Source of the DNA: an uncultured Veillonellaceae bacterium
Lineage (GTDB): Bacteria; Bacillota; Negativicutes; JARBTT01
Assembly: GCA_963805085.1 (NCBI GenBank)
Contig: CAWDTA010000002.1
Span: 640,001-704,000, forward strand
Length of the DNA stretch: 64,000 bases
Reading direction: 5' to 3'
The notes under the pieces were generated by a model, which was given only the letters and a program-made list of their open reading frames with translations, had not been told where the DNA came from and ran no database searches. Position 1 is the stretch's first letter, and each line of letters begins with the position of its first letter. The position numbers and the translations under genes were made by a program. This document shows, one piece after another, positions 40,025-52,219 of the stretch.

Positions 40025-40406
40025 ATTTATTAGAAAGCCTAAAAGGCTCTTTAAATTCTTTGTTTCTTTATAATAAAGAAATTGACTCGCGATTCAAGAA
40101 CCGCGACGCAGCATCTCTGCTGCTAGTACTGACAGTTCACGAAGAACTGTGCAGTGCACATCTGGCATTAATTTTTTCTACATTGTTTAGTTTTCAGAGA
40201 ACACTTGCTAACGTCTTGCGTTGTCAGCTCATTTATATTAACACAACGTTCAAGTTGTTGTCAACACATTTTTTAAATTCTTTTTTAAGAAGAGTTTCAT
40301 TTGTCGTCCGCATATCTCGTTGGCGACTTGTATTATATTACACTGTTTGTTTTCTTATGTCAATAGTTTTTTTTAAGTTATTTAAGTACGCACTTTTAAA
40401 AACTCA

Positions 40407-40449
40407 GAAAGGATTGTTTCTAATTCTTTTATTAGAAACAATCCTTTTT
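40407..40449 (-). terminator. Terminator after aroF
   Basis: aaaggattgtttctaa...ttagaaacaatccttt. Confidence 0.7.
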
Positions 40450-40495
40450 GTTTATCATCTTCTAATTACTGCAAATGATGATTCAATTTTTACGC

Positions 40496-41512
40496 TTATA
40501 GATTTTCCGCTTTGATGAATTCAGCTAATTTAAATACGCTATTCATCACTTCTTGATAGTTTTCTGGTGTCAAAGATTGTGGACCATCTGACAATGCTTT
40601 GGATGGATCTGGATGCACTTCAATCATTAATCCGTCTGCACCAGCTGCTACAGCTGCCATCGCCATAGGTTTTACCATTCTCCATTTACCTGTACCATGA
40701 CTTGGATCGACAATGATCGGCAAATGACTCAAATGTTTCATTGCTGCAACCGCACTTAAATCCAATGTATTACGCGTATATTCTTCATAAGTCCTGATTC
40801 CACGTTCGCATAATACAACATTATGATTGCCTTCGCTAAGGATATATTCAGCAGCATGTAACCATTCATTAATTGTCGCAGCAAGACCACGTTTTAATAA
40901 GACTGGTTTATTTCCACGACCAGCTTCTTTCAATAAGCTGAAATTCTGCATGTTACGAGCCCCAATTTGAAGCATATCCGCATATTTAGAAACTGTTTCT
41001 ACCGCTTCCACTTCTGTTACTTCCGTTACGATTTTAAGTCCTGTCAATTCTCTAGCTTCTGCTAAAAATTTCAAACCTTCTGTTTCAAGACCTTGGAAAG
41101 CATACGGAGATGTACGCGGCTTATAGGCACCACCTCTTAAGAATTGCGCTCCACCAGCTTTTACAATTTTCGCTGATTCTAAAAGCTGTTCTCTATTTTC
41201 TACCGCGCATGGTCCTGCCATTACAACAAAATTACCGCCGCCAATTTTTACGCCATCAACATCAACAATACTCGGTGTTGGATGGAATTCTTTACTTACT
41301 AATTTATAGCTTTTCGAAATAGCAACGCTTTTTTCAACGCCATTCATGGCATCGATTGCAAGTGTTGCCATGATATTTTTATCGCCAATTACACCAATGA
41401 TAGTTTTCGACTCCCCTTCAACAATATGCGTTTGTAAACCAACGCTTTGTACTCTTTCAATAACCTCTTTAATTTCTTTTGCCGTTGCATCTGTGTTCAT
41501 AATAATTACCAT
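40496..41512 (-). CDS. aroF: DAHP synthase, type I-beta with N-terminal regulatory domain
   Basis: [38 protein letters not shown]. Confidence 0.95.
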   Translation of the reverse strand: MVIIMNTDATAKEIKEVIERVQSVGLQTHIVEGESKTIIGVIGDKNIMATLAIDAMNGVEKSVAISKSYKLVSKEFHPTPSIVDVDGVKIGGGNFVVMAGPCAVENREQLLESAKIVKAGGAQFLRGGAYKPRTSPYAFQGLETEGLKFLAEARELTGLKIVTEVTEVEAVETVSKYADMLQIGARNMQNFSLLKEAGRGNKPVLLKRGLAATINEWLHAAEYILSEGNHNVVLCERGIRTYEEYTRNTLDLSAVAAMKHLSHLPIIVDPSHGTGKWRMVKPMAMAAVAAGADGLMIEVHPDPSKALSDGPQSLTPENYQEVMNSVFKLAEFIKAENL

Positions 41513-41546
41513 TTTATTTTACCACCTTTTATTATTATTATCTATT

Positions 41547-42422
41547 TTATAATCTAGGTTTATAATCAATTTTTATTACATTAAAGGAACCTAGATTCTT
41601 TAGCCATAAAATTTTTTGCGCGACCGCCTTAATGGCTGCTTTTACATTAACTTTATCGATTGAGTCTTCCAAGTCCAAAAAGAAAATATATTTTCCCAGT
41701 CCAGTGCGCGCCGGCCTAGATTCTATTCGCGTCAAATTAACATCACGTTTAGCAAATTCCAATAATACTTCACATAAGCTACCAGCCTTCGTACCATTTA
41801 TTTGGCAAATAATCGAGGTCTTGTCTTTTCCATTGACACTTGTTTCTTTCGGCTTGGTAAGAATTAAGAAACGCGTGCAATTTGTATTATTATCTTGAAT
41901 TTCCGTAGCTATCGTTGTGAGCGAATATAATGTACCGGCCCTATGACAGCCAATGACAGCATATCCTTTATGCTTCCCTTCAGCAACGATTTTAGCCGCC
42001 CGTGCCGTACTAGAAACAGGTCTAATTTCTGCCTGAGGATAATGCTCCTTTATAAAGCTGCGGCATTGCGCCAAGGGCTGTGGATGTGAAATAATCGTCG
42101 TAATTTCATCATCAGTGTTTTTGACCATCAGCTGGTTGTGTACTGCCCAGATAATCTCGCGCTCTATCTGCAGATCTACATCATGGGCTAATGTATCTAA
42201 TGTAATATTGATAGAACCTTCTATTGAATTTTCCACTGGCACCACGCAGCGGTCAATCTTCCCTTGCTCCACCGCACAAATCGCATCATAAATACTTGTA
42301 TAGGGTATCAGCTTCCATTCCTTGCCGGTATTATCTTGTTCGCCGTTTAAATAAAGTGCTACTTCTTCACTATGCGTACCTTTAGGACCAAGAAACCCTA
42401 AAGTTTCAACTACTTTTGTCAC
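41547..42422 (-). CDS. pheA: Prephenate dehydratase
   Basis: FLGPKGTHS, PVENSIEG, SHPQPLAQC, NCTRF, NLTRIESRP. Confidence 0.95.
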   Translation of the reverse strand: MTKVVETLGFLGPKGTHSEEVALYLNGEQDNTGKEWKLIPYTSIYDAICAVEQGKIDRCVVPVENSIEGSINITLDTLAHDVDLQIEREIIWAVHNQLMVKNTDDEITTIISHPQPLAQCRSFIKEHYPQAEIRPVSSTARAAKIVAEGKHKGYAVIGCHRAGTLYSLTTIATEIQDNNTNCTRFLILTKPKETSVNGKDKTSIICQINGTKAGSLCEVLLEFAKRDVNLTRIESRPARTGLGKYIFFLDLEDSIDKVNVKAAIKAVAQKILWLKNLGSFNVIKIDYKPRL

Positions 42423-42451
42423 GTTTACACTACCTCCCTCCTTGAAAATAA

Positions 42452-42715
42452 AATAAACCCTCATCCTAATAAAAGGACGAGGGTTTTACTCGCGGTACCA
42501 CCTTAATTATTTGCTAGAAGCAAATATCTCAAAAGTACGGGCTCTTAGCCGATACTTACCTTTATGATAACGGAAAGGTTCCGACACCACCTACCTAAAA
42601 TTCAGTGGGTAACTCCAAGGTGAACTTCAACACATTTTCTTATATCAGGCTTCCAGCACAACCCGACTCTCTGTAATAATAGAATATGCTTACTTTTCCT
42701 CTTCATCGTCTTTAT
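42452..42715 (-). promoter_or_regulatory. T-box riboswitch, Phe specifier
   Basis: AGAGAG..GCTGGAA stem I, GAAGTTCACC (UUC), T-box AAGGTGGTACCGCG, terminator; promoter TTGCAT-17-TATACT at 42763-42735. Confidence 0.9.
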
Positions 42716-42841
42716 TAAGAATTAAATTACTAACAGTATAACAGATACCGCTAATCGATGCAACAATATTTTTTATATTGTGTACACCTGTGTTTTCTGT
42801 AAACACTTTTGTCTGTTATCAGCGTTTTCCCTTACACGACA

Positions 42842-44341
42842 TCAATCTTTATCGACCCAACGCATAACATGAGAAACTGCATTTTGCCAGCCACTATAAT
42901 AGTCTTCTCGTTCTATTTCTGATATCTGTGGTTTAAAACAGGCATCTTCCTGCCATTTGCTTTTCAATTCCTCGATATCTTTCCAGACACCAACCGCCAG
43001 GCCAGCAAGATAGGCAGCCCCGAGTGCAGTGGTCTCCCTGATCCGCGATCTTTTGATCGGGACCCCCAAAATATCTGCTTGAAATTGCACTAACAAGTTA
43101 TTATTACTTGCCCCGCCGTCAACTTTCAAATCTTGAATCTGCATTTTGGTATCCGATTCAATCGCTTCGACAACATCACGTACTTGATACGCCATCGCTG
43201 CCAATGCCGCCCTAACAATATGTGATTTTGTCGTATCGTTTTTTAACCCGATAATCATACCACTTGTCTGCATATCCCAATACGGTGCACTAAGCCCACG
43301 AAAGGCTGGGACGAAATAAACACCGCCGGTATCGCCGACCTTTTTAGCCAACCATTCAGACTCTGCTAAGGTATCTAAGATACCAAGACCGCTTTTCAGC
43401 CATTGAATCGCTGCACCTGCAACAAAAACACTGCCCTCAAGTGCATACGTGATTTTCCCATTAATCCCCCAGGCAATTGTAGTAATCAAGCCATTATTAG
43501 AATTACAGAATTTATGTCCCGTATTCATAAGGAAAAATGACCCTTCACCATATGTGTTTTTCGCCATACCGGGCTCAAAACAACCTTGCCCAAACAAATC
43601 TGCCTGTTGATTGCCGGCATCACCAGCAATGGGTGTCTTCATTCCAAAAATAGACGGATCTGTATAGCCATAAATTTCACTGGAAGAGCAAACTTTTGGT
43701 AACATACACTGCGGAATGTTTAAATACTGCAATAAATCTTCATCCCACTTTAATTCACGCAGATTATAAAGCAGTGTTCGTGATGCATTAGAATAATCTG
43801 TCGCAAAAATTTTTCCACCACTCAGTTTCCACATAATCCATGTATCAATTGTTCCAAAAAGCAACTGCCCTGCTTCGGCTTTTTCTTTCGCACCTGCCAC
43901 ATGATCTAAAATCCAACGTATTTTACTGCCGGAAAAATATGAATTGATAATCAGCGAAGTCTTCTGCCGAAATTCCTCTTCTAAGCCCAGCTTGCGTAAA
44001 TTACGACAAATATCTTCCGTCTGCCGCGACTGCCAGCTAATCGCGTTATAAATTGGTCTACCAGTCGTTTTATCCCATACCACGGTTGTCTCACGCTGAT
44101 TTGTTATGCCAATAGCTGCGATATCTTCTTTCTTCAGTCCCGATTTTTCTATCGCTTCTTGTGCCACAAGAAGCTGTGTGCTCCAAATTTCCTCAGCATC
44201 CTGTTCCACCCACCCCGGTTTTGGATGAAATGATAAAATCCCCTTTTTTGCCACTGATACAATATTTGAATCGTTATCAAAAATGACCGCCCTATTTCTG
44301 ATTGTGCCCGCGTCCAAAGCCAATACATACCCTTTTTTCAT
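42842..44341 (-). CDS. Glycerol kinase paralog with altered catalytic motifs
   Basis: Full-length GlpK alignment, but DAGTIRNR, GNQQADL and TYGEG replace the canonical motifs. Confidence 0.85.
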   Translation of the reverse strand: MKKGYVLALDAGTIRNRAVIFDNDSNIVSVAKKGILSFHPKPGWVEQDAEEIWSTQLLVAQEAIEKSGLKKEDIAAIGITNQRETTVVWDKTTGRPIYNAISWQSRQTEDICRNLRKLGLEEEFRQKTSLIINSYFSGSKIRWILDHVAGAKEKAEAGQLLFGTIDTWIMWKLSGGKIFATDYSNASRTLLYNLRELKWDEDLLQYLNIPQCMLPKVCSSSEIYGYTDPSIFGMKTPIAGDAGNQQADLFGQGCFEPGMAKNTYGEGSFFLMNTGHKFCNSNNGLITTIAWGINGKITYALEGSVFVAGAAIQWLKSGLGILDTLAESEWLAKKVGDTGGVYFVPAFRGLSAPYWDMQTSGMIIGLKNDTTKSHIVRAALAAMAYQVRDVVEAIESDTKMQIQDLKVDGGASNNNLLVQFQADILGVPIKRSRIRETTALGAAYLAGLAVGVWKDIEELKSKWQEDACFKPQISEIEREDYYSGWQNAVSHVMRWVDKD

Positions 44342-44539
44342 GCCAAATTCTCCTTCGTCATGACTGCAAAATTCTCTACTTCTCTTTGAGTTTTTGGGGT
44401 ACCAAAAATAAGATGAATTTTTGTTTCATCTTATTTTATCGTATTTATAGTCTTATGGAATATTATAACATGCTTTTATCAATAATATCAAAATAATTTA
44501 TATTCCTGTTTGCAGTTAGAACTTAAGATATTTATGGCC

Positions 44540-45754
44540 TTAAGCATGATAAGCTGCACTCAGCACCTCAATCGGATGAATTGCCTTAACGTCTGTCCCA
44601 TGCTCTATCTGTAGGCGACAAGTGCCACAGTCGGAAATAACCTTACTTGCAGAAGATTCCTTAATGCGGCGGAAAAGTTCTTTTCCCACCTGCATTGATA
44701 TCTCGTATTTGTCTTCTTTAAATCCATAGTTGCCTGAAATACCACAACAACCTGCGTCCGCATTTTCAACAACTACATTGGGAACAAGCGATAACAATTC
44801 TAATGCTGGCGTCCCGATGCCTTGGACTCGTAGATGACATGGTGCATGATAGATATAGTTGCCACCTTGCCCACTAAACTCCTGGTCAAAACGATTTTTT
44901 TCATGTAAATCCAGCAAAAATTCACAAGCATCATACACAAATTTTGCGTTTTCATGTAAGTCTGGCAAATCAAATAGCTCCGCATATTCTTGTTTGAGCA
45001 TCAAGGAACAACTTGTGCAGCAAGTAAGAATTGGATAACCTTGATCAGTCCATTTACGAATCAATGCCGTGTTTTTACGCGCATTTGCCTCTGCTTCATC
45101 TAAATATCCAGTTACCACCAGTGGCGACCCACAGCAAACAAAATTCTCATCGACAATAACTTCATAATGATTCTGTTGCATGACTTTTACAAAAGCAATG
45201 CCTACATCTGGATCATTTTCATTGATAAAACAGCCTGGGAAAAATACGACTTTATCTGGATAGGAGGTTTGCTTGATTGAGCGAAACTGCTCTAAAAATG
45301 ATTTGCTTGCGTATTGAGGCATAGGACGCTTGGAGGCAATGCCTATCATTTTAAACATACCTGTTTTACGTCCAATATTCGCACCTAAGTTTGCAAAAAA
45401 ACTACCAAATGGCAACTTACGCGCCAAGTTTATCATCTGTTCCCCATGTGCCAAGATATGATCTCTTAGTGGATGTGGATGACTTCTATAGTACTCGCCA
45501 CGCTGCAACATATTTAATGTTGAAACAGCCACCCCAGATGGACAGGAAATATCACAATTCTTGCAATTTGAGCAATATTCAAGTGACGCTTCTGCATCTG
45601 GCTCAGCGAAATTCAGGCGACTTTGCGCCGGTCCAACAAGTTTAGGACCGCGAAACTTGCTTGTTGCAGCTGTCACAGGGCAAGTTGTAATACAAGATGT
45701 ACAAGCTGTGCAGTAATCTGCTGTTCCTTTAGGATTTTCCTCTAATGTTCCCAT
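44540..45754 (-). CDS. glpC: Anaerobic glycerol-3-phosphate dehydrogenase subunit C
   Basis: Two CxxCxxCxxxCP motifs plus CCG domains. Confidence 0.93.
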   Translation of the reverse strand: MGTLEENPKGTADYCTACTSCITTCPVTAATSKFRGPKLVGPAQSRLNFAEPDAEASLEYCSNCKNCDISCPSGVAVSTLNMLQRGEYYRSHPHPLRDHILAHGEQMINLARKLPFGSFFANLGANIGRKTGMFKMIGIASKRPMPQYASKSFLEQFRSIKQTSYPDKVVFFPGCFINENDPDVGIAFVKVMQQNHYEVIVDENFVCCGSPLVVTGYLDEAEANARKNTALIRKWTDQGYPILTCCTSCSLMLKQEYAELFDLPDLHENAKFVYDACEFLLDLHEKNRFDQEFSGQGGNYIYHAPCHLRVQGIGTPALELLSLVPNVVVENADAGCCGISGNYGFKEDKYEISMQVGKELFRRIKESSASKVISDCGTCRLQIEHGTDVKAIHPIEVLSAAYHA

Positions 45755-45765
45755 ATTAACCCCTC

Positions 45766-47013
45766 CTACAATGACATAGCTGCCTGATAAGCAGATACCA
45801 ATGCCACACCATTTCCTGATTGTTCAAAACAAAAATCATAACCACTCAAGTTACGTCCAACGACAAAAACGTTTTTAAGGAAGCAATTTCCTTCCACATC
45901 AAGCGGACGCATCTGCTGATCTGTATGAATACCAACCTGAGCAAACGGTTGTTTTTGATTAGAAAAAAGTTTTTCATTTGCCCACGCTTCAGCTTTTCCC
46001 TCAAATTGTACTGGAATATTGAAAATCGTTTCCTTTATCTCAGGAAAATTCTCCATCTGTAGTCCACCACCATAAAAACCACCAGTTGCTAAAATAAAAT
46101 GATCTGCTTGATAAGTGCGTTCTCTTGCGGCAGCTTGGGTAGTGATAGCTGTGCAGGTATGATTCCGTACAGTAGAATGCGTCACCTTAGCATTTTCCAC
46201 CATCGTTACCTTGTGCTTCTTTAAATAATTTAAAAGCAAATTGCGAAGCCTTAACCCATTGGCTGATGGCGGTAGTCCTGTAGTCTCCATAACATCACAC
46301 TGTAAATCTTTTTTCATGGCTTCCCAAATACTATAATCGTGCTTTAATCCTAAAACCTGTGGCAAAATGACCACACTATTTGCCTTAACAACCGAGTGCA
46401 GTTGCTGCAAACATATTTCATAACCATGCGGTGTGCTAAGCCACCGGGCAACATCAAGGGCCGTTATATCTCTGCCATCTTCTATGTCTGTATCAATCAT
46501 CACCGTAGTATACTTTTTCTTATTTCCTAGGCTATGTTGAAGATTTTCTTCCATTATATTTATATAATGATCTTTTAAGCCGTTAAACCCAACAAGTACA
46601 ATCTCTTGTTTCTCTAAGCAAAGATCTCCTAGCATCGTTTTTGGTACAAGGCAAGATGGCTTCATCGTGCCTAAAGCGGTCACTGCCCATTGATGTTTGT
46701 CTATGCTACCACTGTATGGATACTTTTCTTCTTCACATAACTCCATAAAAAATGTGACTGCATCTTCCAGTGTTTTTGTACCTATTCTTTTATAAGGATG
46801 CTCTGCTGGCAATTCCTTTATCCCTTCAGCTGGCGTAGTACAAACGGCATCATTAGTTGGTCTTGCCATAATATCAATCAAACCACTATTTAAAGGGAAG
46901 GACCCCGAACCATAGGTGAGCAGCGTTACTTTTTTGCCGCGTTTGGCACTGACAGCAGCTGCCATCAATCCGGCAAAGCCACCGCCAATTACGATTACAT
47001 CAGACTTTATCAT
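45766..47013 (-). CDS. glpB: Anaerobic glycerol-3-phosphate dehydrogenase subunit B
   Basis: IGGGFAG, LPPSANGLRL, LATGGF, SGNGVAL. Confidence 0.93.
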   Translation of the reverse strand: MIKSDVIVIGGGFAGLMAAAVSAKRGKKVTLLTYGSGSFPLNSGLIDIMARPTNDAVCTTPAEGIKELPAEHPYKRIGTKTLEDAVTFFMELCEEEKYPYSGSIDKHQWAVTALGTMKPSCLVPKTMLGDLCLEKQEIVLVGFNGLKDHYINIMEENLQHSLGNKKKYTTVMIDTDIEDGRDITALDVARWLSTPHGYEICLQQLHSVVKANSVVILPQVLGLKHDYSIWEAMKKDLQCDVMETTGLPPSANGLRLRNLLLNYLKKHKVTMVENAKVTHSTVRNHTCTAITTQAAARERTYQADHFILATGGFYGGGLQMENFPEIKETIFNIPVQFEGKAEAWANEKLFSNQKQPFAQVGIHTDQQMRPLDVEGNCFLKNVFVVGRNLSGYDFCFEQSGNGVALVSAYQAAMSL

Positions 47014-48617
47014 TCCGGACTCCCCCCATTCACATTTAATCCAACGCCATATATGCCGCGTGCCATTTCAGTTTCACGCAATGCATTGCCCCAAAGCACT
47101 GGGCGAATGCCTTTCCAACGAGCCTGCAAAAACTCTTGTAGTTGCTTTAACGATTCTTGCTTATCGGCAGCGACATCAGAACGTGACAGAACCCCAACAC
47201 TACGGAGTGAACAGAAATTCCCCTGACAGGTTCCCATGCCCATGCGCGTTTTCCGACGGATATCACTCACGGTAAAACTCGTACCTTCTTTTACAACTTC
47301 TTCGATTTCTGCCAATGTTACATTTTCACATTCACAGATTAATTGACGCTCTTCTGGATTCTTCTCTAGTCTCTCTACGACACGCTGAAAACGCTCTGCA
47401 CCTAAACGGGTAGCCGCTAGCTCCGTTCCGTATGCCGGGAAATATTTGCGTGCTTTCGTCTTTACCTCTTCTGTTACCTCTTGCACCAAAGGTTCTTCAG
47501 CCGTCCGACATGGCATAGTCACGTGAAGTCTTTGACAAACAATATCAGTTATCTTTTCTGCCATAAGCCTATAGGTTGTAAACTTACCACCGGTAATCGT
47601 CATAAAACCATGTAGGCCATCTTCAGCATGATCTAAAATCACAAAACCACGCGAAGCGCCGCGGCCTTTTCCTCCAGACGCACTGTACAATGGTCTTGAT
47701 CCTGCAAAGGCTCTTAAAACACGATATTTACGAAGATTTTCAAAGGTTTTCTCACCAATTTTTAGCAAGCTTTCTATTTCAGTAAAGGAAGAGCTTGTAT
47801 CTTCGGGATCTTTCACTGACATCGAGGTTGTTCCTAAAATCGTAATTGAACCATGTGGTACAAAAATATCGCCATCGGACGGTACATGCAAACGATTTAC
47901 AATCCGGCTTGAAATCCTCTGATTAAAGGCAATCAATGTCCCCTTATCCGGTTGCACATTTACGTCAAGTCCTGCAAGCGCTGCAATTTGTCCAGACCAT
48001 GGACCAGCCGCATTGATCACAAATTCGCAGGCAACAAAATAGGTTTGTTTTGTAAAATAATTGCGAACATCTACCCCGATTACTTTGCCATTTTCCGAAA
48101 CAATCCGAATAACCTCCGTATAGGTTTTAACACGTCCACCATAACGTGCTGCTGAATCTATATTTTGCCAAGCCATACGAAAACCGTCGATTGCCGCATC
48201 AGGAACTCTATAAGCTGATATGATCTGATGAGATAGATTTGGTTCCAATTGCCAAGCTTCCTCTGCTGTAATCGGAATAGCCGATATGCCACTTTTTTTG
48301 CAACCTTCTATCCATTTCCCCTCAAACTCTGCATCATCTTCCGGCAAACGAATAAACAATCCTTCAGTTGCTTCTACGCAAGATTTTCCGATTTTACGTA
48401 AAATAAGATTTTCTTCTATGCACTCTCTAGCAGCTTCTTGATCCTTTACTGCATAACGAGCTCCACTATGAAGCAAACCATGATAACGAGAACTTGTCCC
48501 ATTTACCATGTCCAGCTTTTCTAAAAGCAGTACATCAACGCCGCGCATAGCTAGATCGCGTAGTATTCCAACACCAGTTGCTCCACCGCCAATAACGACC
48601 ACTGTTGCTTTTTCCAT
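47010..48617 (-). CDS. glpA: Anaerobic glycerol-3-phosphate dehydrogenase subunit A
   Basis: IGGGATG, HGLLHSGARY, GGKFTTYR, CECE, GMGTCQG. Confidence 0.95.
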   Translation of the reverse strand: MEKATVVVIGGGATGVGILRDLAMRGVDVLLLEKLDMVNGTSSRYHGLLHSGARYAVKDQEAARECIEENLILRKIGKSCVEATEGLFIRLPEDDAEFEGKWIEGCKKSGISAIPITAEEAWQLEPNLSHQIISAYRVPDAAIDGFRMAWQNIDSAARYGGRVKTYTEVIRIVSENGKVIGVDVRNYFTKQTYFVACEFVINAAGPWSGQIAALAGLDVNVQPDKGTLIAFNQRISSRIVNRLHVPSDGDIFVPHGSITILGTTSMSVKDPEDTSSSFTEIESLLKIGEKTFENLRKYRVLRAFAGSRPLYSASGGKGRGASRGFVILDHAEDGLHGFMTITGGKFTTYRLMAEKITDIVCQRLHVTMPCRTAEEPLVQEVTEEVKTKARKYFPAYGTELAATRLGAERFQRVVERLEKNPEERQLICECENVTLAEIEEVVKEGTSFTVSDIRRKTRMGMGTCQGNFCSLRSVGVLSRSDVAADKQESLKQLQEFLQARWKGIRPVLWGNALRETEMARGIYGVGLNVNGGSPE

Positions 48618-48737
48618 GTTTTTGTCCCCTTTACCGACATTCTCGATTCTATTGTGTAATAGGAAAGGACTCTCTTATAAACTCAATATAAGAGAATCCT
48701 CCCTGCCCATTATTCTAATAATAATTTGTAATCAAAA

Positions 48738-50255
<1,518 letters not shown>

Positions 50256-50329
50256 TTATCATATTGATTTATTGATAAAACTATATTTTTTAAAATATTT
50301 TATGAATTCCAATAAAATAAAATTTGTTT

Positions 50330-51070
50330 TTAAATGATAGCACAAATCTTAGCTAGAACAACCGCTGCAACAGCACCAGCCATAGGGGCAACAACAGGTA
50401 CCCAAGAATAACTCCAATCAGAACTTCCTTTGCCTGCAATCGGTAAAATCGCATGAGCGATACGAGGGCCAAGGTCACGAGCAGGGTTTACAGCATATCC
50501 AGTAGGACCACAGAAGGATAAACCAACTGCCCACACTGCGAGTCCAGCCATATACGTGCCCATTCCAGGTGTGAAACCTGTAGGACCAGAAACAAATTTA
50601 CTGCCAAAAGATATGAAAATAAAGAACAAGAATGTACTAGCGATAAACTCGCAAAGTGCATTGGCACCATAACTACGAATCGCCGGAATCGTGGAGAAAA
50701 CCCCTAATTTAGTAGTTTTATCTTCAGTAACTTTCCAATGTGGCAAATATGCAAGCCACACTAAAGCAGCACCAACGATTCCACCGAGAAGTTGTGCAAT
50801 CATAATATTGATTGCAACTGGTACAGAATAAACGCCCATTAACAATTTAAAAAAAGTAACCGCAGTATTTAAATCACCAGTATTACCAACAGCAAGTCCA
50901 CAACTAACTCCCATGACAACCGCCATCGCCCAACCTGTATAAACAACGATTGCTCCACCGCCAAGACCTTTTGATTCCTTTAATGATACATTGGCTACAA
51001 CGCCACAACCAAAAGCGATTAATACCGCAGTTCCTATAAATTCACCTAAAAAAACATTATCCATTTTCAT
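50330..51070 (-). CDS. glpF: Glycerol uptake facilitator (MIP family)
   Basis: GEFIGT, LNTAVT, GYAVNPARDLGPR. Confidence 0.92.
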   Translation of the reverse strand: MKMDNVFLGEFIGTAVLIAFGCGVVANVSLKESKGLGGGAIVVYTGWAMAVVMGVSCGLAVGNTGDLNTAVTFFKLLMGVYSVPVAINIMIAQLLGGIVGAALVWLAYLPHWKVTEDKTTKLGVFSTIPAIRSYGANALCEFIASTFLFFIFISFGSKFVSGPTGFTPGMGTYMAGLAVWAVGLSFCGPTGYAVNPARDLGPRIAHAILPIAGKGSSDWSYSWVPVVAPMAGAVAAVVLAKICAII

Positions 51071-51317
51071 TGCTCCTCATATTAAATTTGCCGAATTCTC
51101 CAATATAGCGCAATACTCGTTTAGATAGTTTGCAATATTCAGAATATTACAAACTATATCTATGGTTACTTCTCCCCCTCCTTCGCTCTAATCCTTAGAT
51201 TTTTTTGTTTTAGCATCACTTATGCAACTTTAATACTTTTTATTGTAGTTATCGCTTATAAAATACGTTTTCTCGTTTCACGATCGCATACGATACTAAA
51301 TTTCATCTCTGACTCAT

Positions 51318-51360
51318 ACATTATCACAATATTTCGTACCGGTCAATACGTAATATTGTG
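51318..51360 (-). promoter_or_regulatory. glp promoter overlapped by an inverted-repeat operator
   Basis: TTGACC-17-TAATGT; cacaatatttcgta-N8-tacgtaatattgtg. Confidence 0.6.
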
Positions 51361-51613
51361 AATATTCTCTGTATAAAAATATTTTTTCGTGTTTTTTGTT
51401 ATTTGACTGCTTAAATATACATATTATGCTATACTATAAGTAATTTACTTATCTAATTGTCACCGGGAAAAAATGTAATCATAAGTCCAATAAACTATGA
51501 TTGCATTTTTACTTTATTTAAGTTGCAGATTTCTCTTGAAATCTATTGAAAACTCTGTATAATTTCGTATTAAGGATATACAGTTACTTACAAACAAGGA
51601 GGTGTACGCTATT

Positions 51614-51940
51614 TTGACACGAGAAGACTATATTAAATCTCTGATAAAATCCCACGGTTATAATTTGAAAGAATTTTCAACGCAAATTCACATGCCATAT
51701 ACCACTTTACTATCTATATTAAACGGGTCTATTGGCGGTGCAGCTGTTGATAATGTGTTGAAAATCTGCCACGCACTGCATATAAAAATAGAAGATTTGA
51801 ACCAACTAGAAACTGAGGCTGAGGTTCTGCCTAAAGAACACGGCGTTGAACCAGACCTAGACACGTATCTGCTAAAACTCATTAACGAACTTTCCCCCGA
51901 AAAAAAGATTGCGCTTAAAATCCTTTTAACGAATATGTAA
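51614..51940 (+). CDS. XRE-family HTH regulator
   Basis: LKEFSTQIHMPYTTLLSIL...VLKICHALHI; divergent from glpF; start 51602 or 51614. Confidence 0.8.
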   Translation: MTREDYIKSLIKSHGYNLKEFSTQIHMPYTTLLSILNGSIGGAAVDNVLKICHALHIKIEDLNQLETEAEVLPKEHGVEPDLDTYLLKLINELSPEKKIALKILLTNM

Positions 51941-52219
51941 TCGGTAAATAAATATGAAATGAAACCACCAAGGTTGAATTAGTATAAAAACTAGCCCAAC
52001 CATTTTTTTATTTCTAGCGGTATTATTTCCATCATATTCCTTTTAATGTGATTTTATCAGCCTTTTCATTATCAAAGTCGCACTAGATAGTCTCGAATTT
52101 CTTTGCAATTTTGTGACAAATCTTTCTTGGTATAAAATATAAGAAAGATTTGCTTTCGTACCCACAATACGATATTCTATCAATAAATAATAAATTAAAT
52201 TATAGATAGGTGGCTGTAA

